From Eledone cirrhosa (taxonomy: Eukaryota), in the NCBI GenBank assembly GCA_964016885.1, contig OZ024740.1, positions 151,466,001-151,530,000 of the forward strand: a stretch of 64,000 nt of DNA, in the 5' to 3' direction. A program made the position numbers and the translations under genes. Below, piece after piece: positions 40,643-55,454 of this stretch. The first letter of the stretch is position 1, and each line of letters starts with the position of its first letter. The notes under the pieces are model-generated. The model had not been told where the DNA came from and ran no database searches. It worked only from the letters and a program-made list of their open reading frames with translations.

Positions 40643-41237
40643 TTTTAAAGCGATGAAATACCAATGAAAGTTGGAAGATCACTAATGAAGGACTAATTTT
40701 ATTCATATGAAACCCATGTGCAACCACGCAGCGCTCCATTTTTCTCATATTTATATTTTTTCCTCAGCTGCGATTGTCTGTTTCTTTCTTACTCTCTCTC
40801 CTCTTTTTACCCCCTCTGCCAGTCACACTCTCTCTCTCTGCTGGTCTCTTCCTCACACTTCCACTCACTCACTCTCTGCTTCTCCCCCTCTCTCACTTCC
40901 TGCCATTTGACCTGTGTGAAATCCTTTTCTCGCTCACATCTCACCCATTACGGATGGTCTGTATCTCTCGCCCATGAATTCACCAAGCTTAAGCTTACAG
41001 ATTTCATGTGCTTGTGTCTTCCTATCTTTCCATTGCCATACCATCGTTGTTTGTTTCATGCCTCGCTCGTTTCATCCTATTTTACTTGTCCCAATAACTT
41101 TATTTGTTATTGCTCGCACCTACTAGAGGTATATGATTTTTAAAGCGATGAAATACCAATGAAAGTTGGAAGATCACTAATGAAGGACTAATTTTATTAA
41201 TATGTAACCCATGTGCAATCACGCAGCGCTCCATGTT

Positions 41238-41245
<8 letters not shown>
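40643..41245 (+). repeat. 495-bp-period partial tandem (about 108-bp direct repeats), pLTR-like
   Basis: TTTTAAAGCGATGAAATACC...TTTCTCATAT at 40643-40750 and 41138-41245, flanked by TA tracts. Confidence 0.85.
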
Positions 41246-41297
<52 letters not shown>

Positions 41298-42399
41298 TTA
41301 TATATACATACATACATATATATATATATACACTGCTATCATGCCATTGATTATGTGATTCACATCCATCCCACCACTTTATTGTCTCCTATATCTGAGA
41401 CACCGTTCATTAAATTTACTGGAGACAAGTATACTTCTCTTCCCATGTCACCGTTGTCCTTAGGTGGTACGGGAAGAAGATAATCAGATCATCGTTTGAA
41501 AATAGTTTGCACTTCAAATCTCTCAGCATCTTACACCACACCTCTTCTTTTACAAGAATCACCAATCACAAATACACGACCAAGCTTCCCTTCTTCGTAA
41601 ATTAATAACAATTCTTGTGATCACTGGTAGGCTAATGCTTCCTTAGTACTCATACTGTTTTACCTTACGATTCTCCATTATGTGTTATTGTCAACGCCCA
41701 ACGTAAATCTCGGGCCAACTTCACTTAGGTTCTCTACTAATCCTTTATAGAAAATATGGTTCATTGTCAATTCAACGACACTCTCCAGTACTTTAGCATG
41801 GTAAGATTTCGAATCTTAAGCTTTCATAAACTTATAATCAAGGCGTGGACGTCAGAGTTTATGTTAATGGCATTTTAGAACTGCATATGTCTTTGAGACA
41901 GATGCTATGACCCAATGTTGGATATCTTCTGACTCTGAGAGCTATCTAAAAATGTCATTAATTTTCTAAATCTTTTAAACATTATTTACTGTGTAAAAGC
42001 CTCAAAATATAAAATTCCTGCGCAAAAGTAGATTTAGGTTTAAACAAGCAAGGGACAATTGCATTATTAAATAATCACTGGAACAATTCATTTACGATAT
42101 TACACCACTCTGGCCTTTTTTTTTGTATAATCGCTGCAGTTAGCGTATTTTCAGTGTATACCTATGCATCCAAAAAGAAATGAGCACACGCTATGTTTCT
42201 ATGGAAGGTAAACTGGCGGGAATTACAGCAAAGTATAAATTGGAAAATATGAGGTTATCAACAATAGACTAAAGAAACTGGTTCAGAATTATAAGACGAC
42301 GAAAGGTTGTGACAAGTGTTGCCTATAATCATATGGCGGCGCATTAAGAGATTCGTTAGAACGCCTACTTTATATTAATGTTTCAATACAGAGTTCATA

Positions 42400-42560
42400 G
42401 GCAGCGAATTGGTAGAGTCATTAGATCGTCGGATAAAATGCTTTGTAGTATGCATTTCAGCTCTCTGCTCTCTGATTTCAAATCCCACGGACGTCAACTT
42501 TGCCTTTCATCCGTTCGAGGTCAATAAGAAAGTATCTCTCTAGTATTGGGGTCGAGTCAT
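42400..42560 (+). mobile_element. tRNA-derived SINE (octopus OR-like, CORE-like body)
   Basis: GGCAGCGAATTGGTAGA head, TTCAAATCCC B-box-like, ACTTTGCCTTTCATCC.TTCG.GGTC body. Confidence 0.7.
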
Positions 42561-43316
42561 CCTCTAGATCTCTTTTGCACTTCCATTCTTTCACTCTCTA
42601 TCCTTCTCTGGAAGAAATCGGCTGTATTCGGACAGTGAGAGGAAATGCCTTAGAAACAACGTATTTCAAAACGGTGAACCTACGAATACTTCGGGAGGTA
42701 CGGGATCATGCATGCATACATGATAAATATAATGGAGGGATTACTTTCGTTGATTTTAATAAATGTTTAAAATATTGTGAGCTATTTTTGTGGGGTGAAA
42801 TTTTCGTGGTTGTGGGTTTAAATTACAGCCAGGGATTTTCAGACTACAGGCTTCGTTGTTGAATGTTCTAGAATGGAATTCACATAGAACCATTTTACAG
42901 GTCCGTACAGTACTATAAACGTAAGCACACACACAAATAAATAACCTGACACACAAACAAGAATAAACATCCGCCTAGTGATGGAAAAGTTTAGTGGACT
43001 AAATCCAAATACCGACAGTAATATATACATTAACCACATTGACCCTGACTACAGGAAAAGGATAGCAATATACGCCAGGAAAACTTCTTCTATTAGATGC
43101 AATGAAATGTTTTCGATAGATGTTTGAGCAATTCTATAAAGAAATATGAAATAAAATAAAACTAAGAAACAATATGATTAAAAAGATAAAACTAGTACAC
43201 AGTCGTGTTTTGATTCCATGTTTAGACGAAAGGCTGATTCTCATATATATGAATATTGCATGCAATCGTTACACTCACACACGCACATAAACAGACACTC
43301 ATATATCTATATATGT

Positions 43317-43387
<71 letters not shown>

Positions 43388-44524
43388 GTATAAACTTTTA
43401 ATATACAGATATTCACACGTATAAATATGTGTTTGTGTATTGTGTGAACTGGGGCGTGAATTAACATTCAGACGCGGAAGTCTTTGAGATGAAAAATTAA
43501 AATATTAATTTATGCTGATACTGAGAAGGAATTAAATAGCAAAATAATTCACAAGCATTTATACATTAACATGTGAATGTGTTGGAAATATATGTGGGGA
43601 CTTACGTGGGAAACAGTAGTTGTGTCTATGTTTGGAGTAGTGGTTGGATCACTGGTTGTAACTATGTGTGTAGGGTCATTTGGAGCAGGAGGGAATTGTA
43701 TTGACTGTAGGGATAGTAGTTTAGAGGTAGATGCAGCATAGCCGCAATGTTAAGGTTTCGATCCAACAGCATGACATCTTGAGCAAATATCATTTAGCAT
43801 ACCTTCGAATGACACAAGGCTTTCAAATGAAATTTGGAGGGCGAAAAATAATTCAAAGCCAATCGGAAGGACTGTACCAGTAATTGAGTGGGCAAGCATT
43901 GTCGCATCCTGTTACACGGCAAATCTGATTTGAAATTACGTTTAGTTAACACGTGTTTATAGAATGCTAAGCCACTTGTACGTTAATTTCATGAAAAGGC
44001 TGTTCTGCTGATCGAATAACTGGAACACTCTTTGTCGAAGCCGACGGTGGTCCAACGTAGAGGGAGGTGGGAGCAGTAGTAAATTGCTGTGTTGATGATA
44101 GAAGTGGCTTAGATGGTAGAGATAGGGGTAGTGGCTTAGGTAGTCTGTAGGTCAATATGCATATATGAGAGTGGTGGAGACATAGCTGTGTGTGTACTGC
44201 ATGTGTTTGTATAGGAAGGGGTCATAGTTTGTGAATGTGTGTAAACAATTATATGTGTGTGTACATAGTAACTTCTACGTAGTTTCTTCTGCCTGAAATT
44301 ATATCATACAGTCGTGTAAAAAGGTGAGGGTCACGTCTCAAACAGCTTTGATGTGAGAATCGATCAGACCAATGCAGGGACTAAACAATATATATATATA
44401 TATATTACACAAATATATCCTACATATACACGAGATAGTAGATGCACATGCACTATTAAATGGAGTTAGCACTATTATACACACACAGACACTAAATATG
44501 TAGTATATATATATATACATATGC

Positions 44525-44580
<56 letters not shown>

Positions 44581-44648
44581 CGTACATATATATAAATACA
44601 TATGCATGTGTATGCATAAATAGAAATATTTCAATGCTAAGAATATGT

Positions 44649-44708
<60 letters not shown>

Positions 44709-44726
44709 ACACACACACACACAGAC

Positions 44727-44757
<31 letters not shown>

Positions 44758-44797
44758 AAAGATAAACAGAAATAACAACACAATCGGTACAGTATAT

Positions 44798-44857
<60 letters not shown>

Positions 44858-44858
<1 letters not shown>

Positions 44859-45245
44859 TATGTTTCTTTTATTTGCCACAAGGGCATCAAAAGTGGGACA
44901 AGTACAATGGGGGGAGTTTACAAAACAAGGCGTCCTCAATAGGGAGGAGGCAATAACAATATATAAAAATAAAATAAAATATAACAAAAAATAGAATTAT
45001 AACAAAATCCTCAATAGAGGATTTTGTTATAAAATATAACAAAAAATAAAATTTATAACAAAATCCTCAATAGAGAGGAGGCGCCTTGGGGGGTCGCACA
45101 CACCCCCGAAAAAAGTGTGCAACCCTTTTCCTCAGGAGCACAGAGAGGGGGTGCTCCCACGTTCCTTCCTCTTTTCCACCTACAGGCTCATGTAAAGAGA
45201 AGGCCCATTCACACGGGCCATTCTCGCAACTTTCACCCACCTTTC

Positions 45246-45247
<2 letters not shown>
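44858..45247 (-). mobile_element. Tx1-like LINE extreme 3' end
   Basis: Minus strand reads ERWVKVARMARVNGPSLYMSL*, matching ERWVREASIARVNGPTLSMCM* at about 1133-1197. Ends CCCTTGTGGCAAATAAAAGAAAC. Confidence 0.8.
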
Positions 45248-45279
<32 letters not shown>

Positions 45280-45740
45280 GATAGATATATATATATATGT
45301 ACACACATATTGTGTATATCTGTACGTATGTGTGTATATCCATGCGTGTGTGTGATTACGTGTGCATGTATGTGTGTGTATGTATGCAAATAGATATACA
45401 CATCCATTCACAATATTTTAGAATATAAATTTGTTATCTCATAACTCACTTTTCACTAGACTACACATTAAAATACAAAACATAAATACTGACTATATTA
45501 AAAAAAAAAAAAAAGCATCAACATCAGCAGGAACAACAACTATTAATAATAATAATAATAACAAAAGCAACAGCAACAACAACGACAATAATGATGAATG
45601 CTTAAATGAAAAAAATATACGCAAAAAGCCGGAATGACCATTGTCTTGTTAGTCACTAGAATAGCTTAAAATATATCTTGTTGATATTGGTAGTTTTCAG
45701 TGTTTCTGTTTTGTGGCTACAGAGTACACATGTACACAGA

Positions 45741-45779
<39 letters not shown>

Positions 45780-46084
45780 CAGGATAAATATATATATAAT
45801 ATATATATATATACTGTGTATATTTATCCTCCACTGCTTGATTCAATGTTTTCATAATTCGATTATGGAGGTGTGTGCTGAATATATTTTTCTTAACAGT
45901 CTAATTTCGTTCAATCTGCCACCATTTCTCTCTTCACCTTTTGGTAAAATGTACAACAGAAAAAATATCTTTTTATATTCGCAAAAATATATTCATAAAT
46001 GCATACCTACATATAATGTATATGTGCTTGTCTGTGCATATGTATAATACAAGAACATACATTTGTAGGAGTTGGCCCGTGTAC

Positions 46085-46143
<59 letters not shown>

Positions 46144-46621
46144 CTGTGTGTGTGTGTGTGTGTAGAAATTCCTCACATGCATATATAATATTCTATTATA
46201 TAACACATACGCACTCATACACACACACACACACGAACACACACACACAAATAAATGCATGTTTGTCAGTGAAAAGAAATAAAAATGTCTGTTACGTGTG
46301 TTCAGTACATTTTATAGAGTTTATAGAAATTATACACACACACATATATAGAAGTATAATTGCTTCCTCCTGTGTATGTGAACATTTTTGTGCGTGTCGG
46401 TGTACATATATGAATTCACACTGTGCATATATTTATGATATAATGTAAAATATATTGAGGGTATTCATATTATTTATGTCAGTTCACGATTAACTCCGAA
46501 GCTTTTCAATTTAGTACAAGTAAAGCATGTTGCTATTGTATCCAAATAGTTAAAACATATCCACACATAAAATCATACATACATACATAAACACATACAC
46601 ACATACACATATGTATGTATA

Positions 46622-46714
<93 letters not shown>

Positions 46715-47291
46715 GCACACATGCACATATATTATATTATATTATATATATATGCGTGTGACTGTGTATGTGTGATCTATATTGTTGTATAAAGTATGTG
46801 AAAAAGAGGTAGCTTTTATAATCAATGTATTTAATAACTATATACCAATTCTGCTTCTCTTGTAAATTGTACTATGTGCTGTAAATTCATGTTTTTAAAA
46901 CATTGTATTGTATCACACAATTTGGGGTGTTGTAGACTACTTTTTACAGCTTACATCAAATATAAGGCTGTGGCAACTCAGAATCAGGAGTGCAAAGGAC
47001 ATTATGCTTCGCCGTGTTCAGTTCCCTTCTTGCACATCTTCTGTTCAAAACTTGCTAAGGTCAACTTCATATTTGATTCTTTCGGTTTGATGTGTAGATT
47101 TCAGTCAAATAAAAACGTGCTCTTAACTCCTGATGGAGTGTTTAGACAGTCCCAGAGACACGCGGCGTCTCGTGGATAATTTTAAAACGGTCAGAGCTCA
47201 TCCCAGTTCAAATCAGAGGAGCCAATTTCTCCCAGTGAGAGAGAGCGAAAGAGAGAGAGGGAGAGAGAGAGAGAGAGATAGATAGATAGAT

Positions 47292-47352
<61 letters not shown>

Positions 47353-47832
47353 GAGCGTGAGAGAGGGCGAGAGAGAGAATGTAATAAAGTGAGATAGAGG
47401 AATCAACATTAGCTTTAAAAAACAAAATGTATTTTATAGCAATTTATAAATTCTGTTTCGTTGACCAATTATTGCACTATGTGCTTATGTACTATGAGAC
47501 TATAGTTTTAAAACAACGTATTGCACCGCACAAGTTTCAAGGTTGTAGATGTTTTCCCTTATACCTACTGACGTCACAGCGATGAAAATCAGAAGTGACA
47601 TTGGCGGATTTGTACTGAAAGAGCAGTGAGCCGGAACATATACAATATATAAAAACAGTAGTAGAGTCGCTGTGTAAGATATTTTCTTAATGATCACCAT
47701 CATTAATGTAGGAAGCTCTACTATAGCTGACGAGGTAACGATACATTTATTTATATATGGTATGTAACTGTGTGCATTTTCTGCTGATACATTATATATA
47801 CACGCCCCCCCTCTTTCGATAAACTATATATA

Positions 47833-47924
<92 letters not shown>

Positions 47925-47930
<6 letters not shown>

Positions 47931-48810
47931 ATATTTTTGGAGGGTCATGTTGCCAATAAGAAACACACGCACCAGTGTTTCACTCCAATTTATTATAAAT
48001 TAACAAATTTAAAAAAAAAAATTTTTTTCAAAAAATTTATAAATTTCCGGTTGCTTCGTTGGTTCCACAACCGGACGGTTGTTCATATATTGTAAAGTTC
48101 TTTCGTCACACATTCTGTGACCTCTTCAGTGACTGGAGATTCTTTTCTTTGTTTTGTGCCTCTCTTTTGTTCTGTCCTACACCATCTTGTTTTTGTGTGT
48201 GTTGTACTCTTAGTTTGCGCATGTGTTGCATCCGGGTGTCTGTGTGTGTTTTTATTTGTTTATTTATTTGTTTATTTACATGTTACTGGTTGGTTGTTTG
48301 TTCTATGTGTGTGTGTTTTCATTTTGTCCTTAATTGTAAGTTGTGATGTTGCTATTCCATTCATGTTTTCTATTTAATTTGGGTTGGAGTTCATTTATGT
48401 TTATTGCCTCTGTGATTTGTCATATGGAATAGCAACATCACAACTTACAATTAAGGACAAAATGAAAACACACACACATAGAACAAACAACCAACCAGTA
48501 ACATGTAAATAAACAAATAAAAACACACACAGACACCCAGATGTAACACATGCGCAAACTAAGCACACAACATACACAAAAACAAGAACTTTGACAATAT
48601 ATGAACAACTGTCCGGTTGTGGAACCAACCAACCAACCGGAAATTTATAATTTAAAAAAAAAATTTTTTTTTTTAAATGTTTTAATTTATAATTATAAAT
48701 TGGTGCGTGTGTTTCTTATTGGCAACATGACCCTCCCAAAGTATAACAATATCGGTTTCAACATAGCAAGATAAAGAATCTTGCTAAACAAATTCAGAAA
48801 CGAAATAAAT
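47925..48810. mobile_element. Miniature inverted PLE of the same family as 2362-4915
   Basis: 47925-48420 (-) and 48424-48810 (+) both match the 4425-4915 tail. Hammerhead motif at 48092-48133 (-). Confidence 0.88.
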
Positions 48811-48913
48811 ATATATATATATATATATATATCCATATACTGTACCGATTGTGTTGTTATATATATATATAGTTGATCCCCTAAATAGAGATAGTAAATA
48901 AACTGAACAATAG

Positions 48914-48971
<58 letters not shown>

Positions 48972-48977
<6 letters not shown>

Positions 48978-49673
48978 ATACTTTGGGAGGGTCATGTTGC
49001 CAATAAGAAACACACGCACCACTTGCTTTCACTTCAATTTATTATATATATATTGGTAAACGGAATAGAAAATTTATAAATATATATTGTTAAACGGAAT
49101 AGAAAATGCTGACAAATTGTTCACAGTTGAAAAATGGTTTAATTAGGAATAAAAGAGTAGTAGTAATTGTATGGGTTAGTATTCAGATGTGGTTTTAAGT
49201 TTTTAAGTTTTTACCGGTTGCGCATTTCTAAATGCTTTTCAAAAATAATTTTGAGATAGAGTGTCCGTGTTGTTTGCTCTGATCTGATTAGTTTTGGGAA
49301 TTCTACCTGTTTTTATGTTTAAAAAGTGGCTCCAGCGCTACTTTGGTGTTGCAAAAATTCTTGTGGTCAAAACAATTTTGATTGGTCGGTAGCGGTCATG
49401 TGAATGTAAAAAATTGATTTTGCGCCAAGACTGTTTTTATGTTAAAAAAGTGGCTCCAGCGCTACTTTGGTGTTTGCAAAAATTATTGTGTTCAAAACAA
49501 TTTTGATTGGTCGGTAGAGGTCATGTGAATAAAAAATTGATTTTGCGCCAAGACTGAGAAATGACTCTTTCACAACAAATATGTGTGTGTGTGTGTGTGT
49601 GTGTGTAGTAGTAGTAAGGTGTTCGATGTTGTGATAATGGTTAGCAGGATGTGTGTCAAATGGCTATTGAGAT

Positions 49674-49736
<63 letters not shown>

Positions 49737-49925
49737 TGTGTATATAACAGAGTAATTCGTGGTAGCAGGGATGGTCAGTAGGAATGTGTCTGTAAGCAGT
49801 GGGGGGTATTTTAGCAGGTCAAAAGATATTTTTCAGCTTTTGTCTTATACGGAGAAGTGTGTGTGTGTGTGTATAAGTCTCTTTGTATGTTAATGTACGC
49901 GTGTGTATGTGTGTGTGTGTGTGTG

Positions 49926-49959
<34 letters not shown>

Positions 49960-50290
49960 AGAATGTGTGTGTGTGTGGGTGGAGCAGTATTTTTCCCCCT
50001 GGTATAATGGTGTACATTATTCGATTTTTTCAGTAAAATCGGTTCTCTTAATAGAACATCAACAATCTTAACAATAAAAGGTGTGAAATGATATTCACTA
50101 TATATATATATATATCTCAAAATTATTTTTGAAAAGCATTTAGAAATGCGCAACCGGTAAAAACTTAAAAACTTAAAACCACATCTGAATATTAACCCAT
50201 ACAATTACTACTACTCTTTTATTCCTAATTAAACCATTTTTCAACTGTGAACAATTTGTCAGCATTTTCTATTCCGTTTACCAATATATA
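48972..50290. repeat. Fold-back unit: PLE terminal motif, ~180-bp inverted arms and internal 124-bp tandem duplication
   Basis: 49081-49258 is the inverse of 50113-50290. Direct repeat at 49307-49430 and 49431-49556. Confidence 0.85.
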
Positions 50291-50317
50291 ATAACTTGTG
50301 TTACACCTCTATTCTTT

Positions 50318-50366
<49 letters not shown>

Positions 50367-50367
50367 T

Positions 50368-51941
50368 ACTAGGAGAGCCACCCTCCACAGCCCAGAGCAC
50401 TAGGGAAATCAGGCGGCTGTTTGAAGAACTGGATATTGAGGAGCTTCAGAGAGCCAAGAAGAAGATCAAGGAGGGCAAGGTTCATGGAGAAGATGGAGTG
50501 GCATCAGAGGTGATGAAGAGTTGTGATTTTGATGATATCATCCTGGGGTTCTGTAACCAGGCACTGGAGAAAGGAGTTGCCACGAATCAGTGGAGGATCA
50601 GTAACATCGTCCCAGTGCCAAAGAAGGGAGATAACTCTAACACCAACAACTACAAGGGATCTCACTGACGTCACTTGTGGCAAAGACCCTCAACAGCATG
50701 ATTCTTAACAGGATCCAGCCTGATATGGAGAAGAAGCTCAGAGACAACCAGAACGGCTTCAGAGAGGGAGGATCAACCACCAGTCCCATCCTGATGCTGA
50801 GGAGAATATTAGAGGGATCTAGAGCAAAGTACCTTCCTGCGGTCATGGTTTTCATTGACTTTAGGAAGGCTTCTGATTCTGTGGACCGTCACTGCCTGAT
50901 GAAGATCCCTACAGGCTTATGGAATCCCCAAGAAGATAGTGGACCTGATATCACTGCTCTACACCAACACCAAAGCCGAAGTCATTACACCTGATGGGAT
51001 GACAGAGTTCTTTGGGATACTGGATGGAGTGCTCCAGGGAGATACATTGGCTCCCTATTTTATTATCATCGTAGTGGACTATTGTATGCGCCTTGCACTG
51101 GAGAAACACCAGGACTCTGGATTTACTGTAGCACTGGCTCAGAGCAGGAGAGTTAAGGCGAAAAAGATATCAGATGCTGAATTTGCCGACGACATAGTTT
51201 TGGTGACAAATAGAGTGAAGGAGGCAGAGGATTTGATGCAAGAGGTTGAGACTGTGTCGATCAGTGTGGGGCTGAGAATGAATGAGACTAAAACAAAATA
51301 TCTGGTAGAGAATGTTGAGAAGCCAGAGGGGATCACTAATGTAGGCGGCAAGCCGCTAGAATTGGTTGAGGACTTCCTGTATTTGGGAGCAAAGATTGGG
51401 AATACGGAAGATGATGTGGTTGAGAGGAAGAGCAAAGCCTGGGCGGCGTGCCACAGCTTGAGATCGGTGTGGAATTCCGACCTTCGTAAAGACCTGAAGA
51501 TCCACCTCTTCATTGCTGTAGTGGAGTCTGTGCTGCTGTACGGGTCTGAGACTTGGACACTGACCAAGAAACTCACTCAGATGGTGGATGGATGCTACAC
51601 GAGAATGCTGAGGATGGCTCTGAACATTAATCAGTTATACACTGAGGATGAAAAACTGAGAGCTATATGGGAGTCTCCCAAAAGTCAGCTCAAAAGTGAC
51701 ACAGAGGAGACTGAGGTTAGCTGGACATGCTCACCGACATCCAGAGTTGACATTGCACTCAGTTCTCCTGTGGGAGTCCTTATATTGACACGCTGGAAGA
51801 GGAAGACCAAGGTTAAGGTATGTTGATGCTTTAAGTACAGACACTGGTCTGTTGGAGACGCAGGACATGGCAGCGATAATGAGGGACAGAGACCGCTGGG
51901 GAGAACTCGTCCATGGATCTCGGGAATTTTACCCGCTCTAG
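50368..51941 (+). mobile_element. RTE LINE, 5'-truncated RT pseudogene
   Basis: QNGFR, FIDFRKA.DSV, GVLQGDTLAPYF, EFADD, FLYLG and LLYGSETWTLT, with several frameshifts. Flanked by TA tracts. Confidence 0.9.
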
Positions 51942-52969
51942 AATATATATATATATATACAGTATATATAGTTTATCGAAATAGGAGCGAGCATATATAT
52001 GTATATAGAGTGATCTATTGTTCAGTTTATTTACTATCTCTATTTAGTGGATAAACTAATTCAGAGAAGGCTGCAAATTCTAGCATTTTGCCGCTTGGTA
52101 ACCGAGTTGATGTGACCTTATAATGTCACAGAAAAAAATTTTGTTTTAATTCCATAAATATTGAAGGAAGTATACTTAGCGGGTTTTTAAATGGCAATCT
52201 GTTCTTGTATAGGTTTCTGATTGGGAGAGTTTGTGGATGGGGGTTTGTAATCTGATAATACCTCCCATGTTAATTATGTGTTGTATGTCAAGGCTTGAAA
52301 TAATAATCTTGACAATTTTCCACACAAACAAAGAGAAAGAGATAGAGAGAGAGAGTTGGCGTTAGATAAGTAGGCAAAAATTGTTATAATGTAAATTAGT
52401 TGTACATGAGAGAAAAACTGTTGCAAAGTAAGAAAAACAAAACAACTATTTATACTTTTACCAATTATATATCATGATATTTCTGTATTATAAAGACTTC
52501 TTCAAAGGAATGGAAGTGGAATGTGATAGTGACGAGTGTTGTTTGGCAGAATACTTAGAGAATCGGACAAAATTACTGGAAATATTTAGTTCCAGGTTTA
52601 CACCTAAGTTTGACATTCGTCATGGTCGACTATATTTTTCATCCGTCCAGATACAATAAAATAGCATCAAGTACTGGCTCAATCTAATCGACCGGTGTTC
52701 TCCGGGTAGTTGTGATCACATCTTAATATAGACACAGCGAGATTATGTGTGTAATTAGTATAGATAAACATATGTTATATCGGTCATATATGCTTTTATT
52801 CTGAACCATGCTGTGTTAGTGATATCACTAATTTACTTCTCTGTACCCCCTTTTTAAGTTGTGCTTCATCTGTAAACATCTGTGAATTACAGCAATTCAG
52901 CCGGCAAGTGATTAATATGGTGGGGACAAATGTATGTCACAGAGGTTAGCTACATTTTCTACAAATCTT

Positions 52970-53041
<72 letters not shown>

Positions 53042-53074
53042 TCGGCAGAAGCAGCAGCAGTAGTACTAGTAGTT

Positions 53075-53114
<40 letters not shown>

Positions 53115-53161
53115 CAGCAGCAGTAGCAGGAGCAGCAGCAGCAGTAGTAGTAGTAGTAGTC

Positions 53162-53207
<46 letters not shown>

Positions 53208-53298
53208 CAGCAGCAGTAGTAGTAGTAGTAGTAGCAGCAGCAACAGTAGTAGTAGTAGTAGTAGTAGTAGCAACAGCAGCAGCAGCAGCAGCAGGAGC

Positions 53299-53369
<71 letters not shown>

Positions 53370-53378
53370 CAGCAGCAA

Positions 53379-53429
<51 letters not shown>

Positions 53430-53454
53430 CAACAGCAGCAGCAGCAGCAGGAGC

Positions 53455-53504
<50 letters not shown>

Positions 53505-53529
53505 CAGCAGCAACAGCAGTAGCAGCAGC

Positions 53530-53594
<65 letters not shown>

Positions 53595-53610
53595 CAACAG
53601 CAGCAGCAGC

Positions 53611-53657
<47 letters not shown>

Positions 53658-53662
53658 CAGTG

Positions 53663-53711
<49 letters not shown>

Positions 53712-53780
53712 CAGCAGCAACAGCAACAGTAGTAGTAGTAGTAGCAGCAGCACAGCAGCAACAGCAACAGTAGTAGTAGT

Positions 53781-53856
<76 letters not shown>

Positions 53857-53880
53857 ATAGTAGTAGTAGTAGTAGTACTA

Positions 53881-53942
<62 letters not shown>

Positions 53943-53966
53943 ATAGTAGTAGTAGTAGTAGTACTA

Positions 53967-54025
<59 letters not shown>

Positions 54026-54049
54026 ATAGTAGTAGTAGTAGTAGTACTA

Positions 54050-54100
<51 letters not shown>

Positions 54101-54167
54101 CAGCAGCAGTGGTAGTAGTAGCAGCAGCAGCAGCACCAGCAGCAGCAGTAGCAGTAGTAGTAGCAGC

Positions 54168-54216
<49 letters not shown>

Positions 54217-54332
54217 ATAGCAGCAGCAGCAGCAGTGGTAGTAGCAACAGAAGCACCAGCAGCAGCAGTAGCAGTAGTAGTAGCAGTAGTAGTAGTAGCA
54301 GTAGTAGCAACATCAGTAGGAGCAGCAGTAGG
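52970..54332. repeat. Compound (AGT)n/(AGC)n trinucleotide array
   Basis: Directly visible. Confidence 0.97.
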
Positions 54333-54538
54333 TGTGTTAGTTACATTGTTGACTTGCTCCAGTTTCAATGGTTAAATAGATGGGAAAGCACATTATGTGA
54401 AGAAACTATGTCTGGAATTGCTTTGCCCTTCTTTGCCGCAGCAATATAGATGTTATGAATGGCTGTTTAGCCCAAGATCAACGCTATAGAAATTAGATTG
54501 ACAGCTCTAGTTTTTTATTTTGTGTCCCACGTAAATTC

Positions 54539-54720
54539 GGCAGTTTCGGTAGAGGGTTGGACGTCATGCTTTGCAGCAAAGAGTTACGGCCCTTTATGGT
54601 CTGGGTTCAAATCCCGCCGAGGTTAACTTTGCCTTTCATCCTTACGGGGGTCGATAAAATAAAGTACCAGTAATACACTGAGATAATTGCTGGCCTTGTG
54701 CCAAAAGTAGAAACAATTAT
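54539..54720 (+). mobile_element. tRNA-derived SINE (octopus OR-like)
   Basis: GGTTCAAATCCCGCCGAGGTTAACTTTGCCTTTCATCC...GGGGTCGATAAAATAAAGTACCAGT. A related head lies at about 35295-35380. Confidence 0.75.
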
Positions 54721-54924
54721 TTTATTCGTTTACACTTTTATTGGTTTCAGTATTTAGAACTATGACTATGCTGGTACACCATCTTGATTTAATCAATCAT
54801 AACGACAATAGTATTTATTAATTTCAAGACTGATACTAATCTATCGAACTTTTTTTTCTTTTGTTTCGATCCGATAAATTATGTGCCATATAAACAGCAC
54901 AAACACAAACGTAAAAATAAACAC

Positions 54925-55006
<82 letters not shown>

Positions 55007-55025
55007 ACACACACACACACACACA

Positions 55026-55108
<83 letters not shown>

Positions 55109-55454
55109 TCTCTCTCTCAAGCACACACACACATTCACACAATCATCCACAAACACATACTGGAAGCCAACATGTGACGGAGTACGGCTACTTAGAAGAA
55201 AAGAGAAAAAACAGGCATTGGCAAAAACGCGTTATTGATGTCCTCGTTCATGGCTCATTAAACCAGAAAGGTCTTGCATATCATAGCACACAGTGCGCAG
55301 GGAAATGTCCTACTTGCTTGACTTTGATTAGTGTGGAATGCTTTGTGGTGCCGTGTTAGCCCACAGAGTGACACACTTTGGTACAGATGCCATATACAAA
55401 ATCAAGGTGTATGATGTAGTCAAAGGTGCTATTTCGATGAATAGTCTGCTATGG

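Noticed and set aside
41340-41810. Coding-like minus-strand remnant (…[26 protein letters not shown]…)
   Set aside because: Multiple stops and no family that I can recognise.
47725-47745. CTGACGAG-GTAA-CGATAC hammerhead-like word
   Set aside because: GAAA is broken and there are no convincing stems.
49100-49145. CTGACAA...AATTG-TTCA-CAGTT-GAAA hammerhead-like motif
   Set aside because: Unpaired C3/A8, and no stem I or III.
52930-53883. 317-aa poly-Ser ORF and overlapping poly-Val/Leu/Tyr ORFs
   Set aside because: Trinucleotide-repeat artefacts with no splice or domain support.
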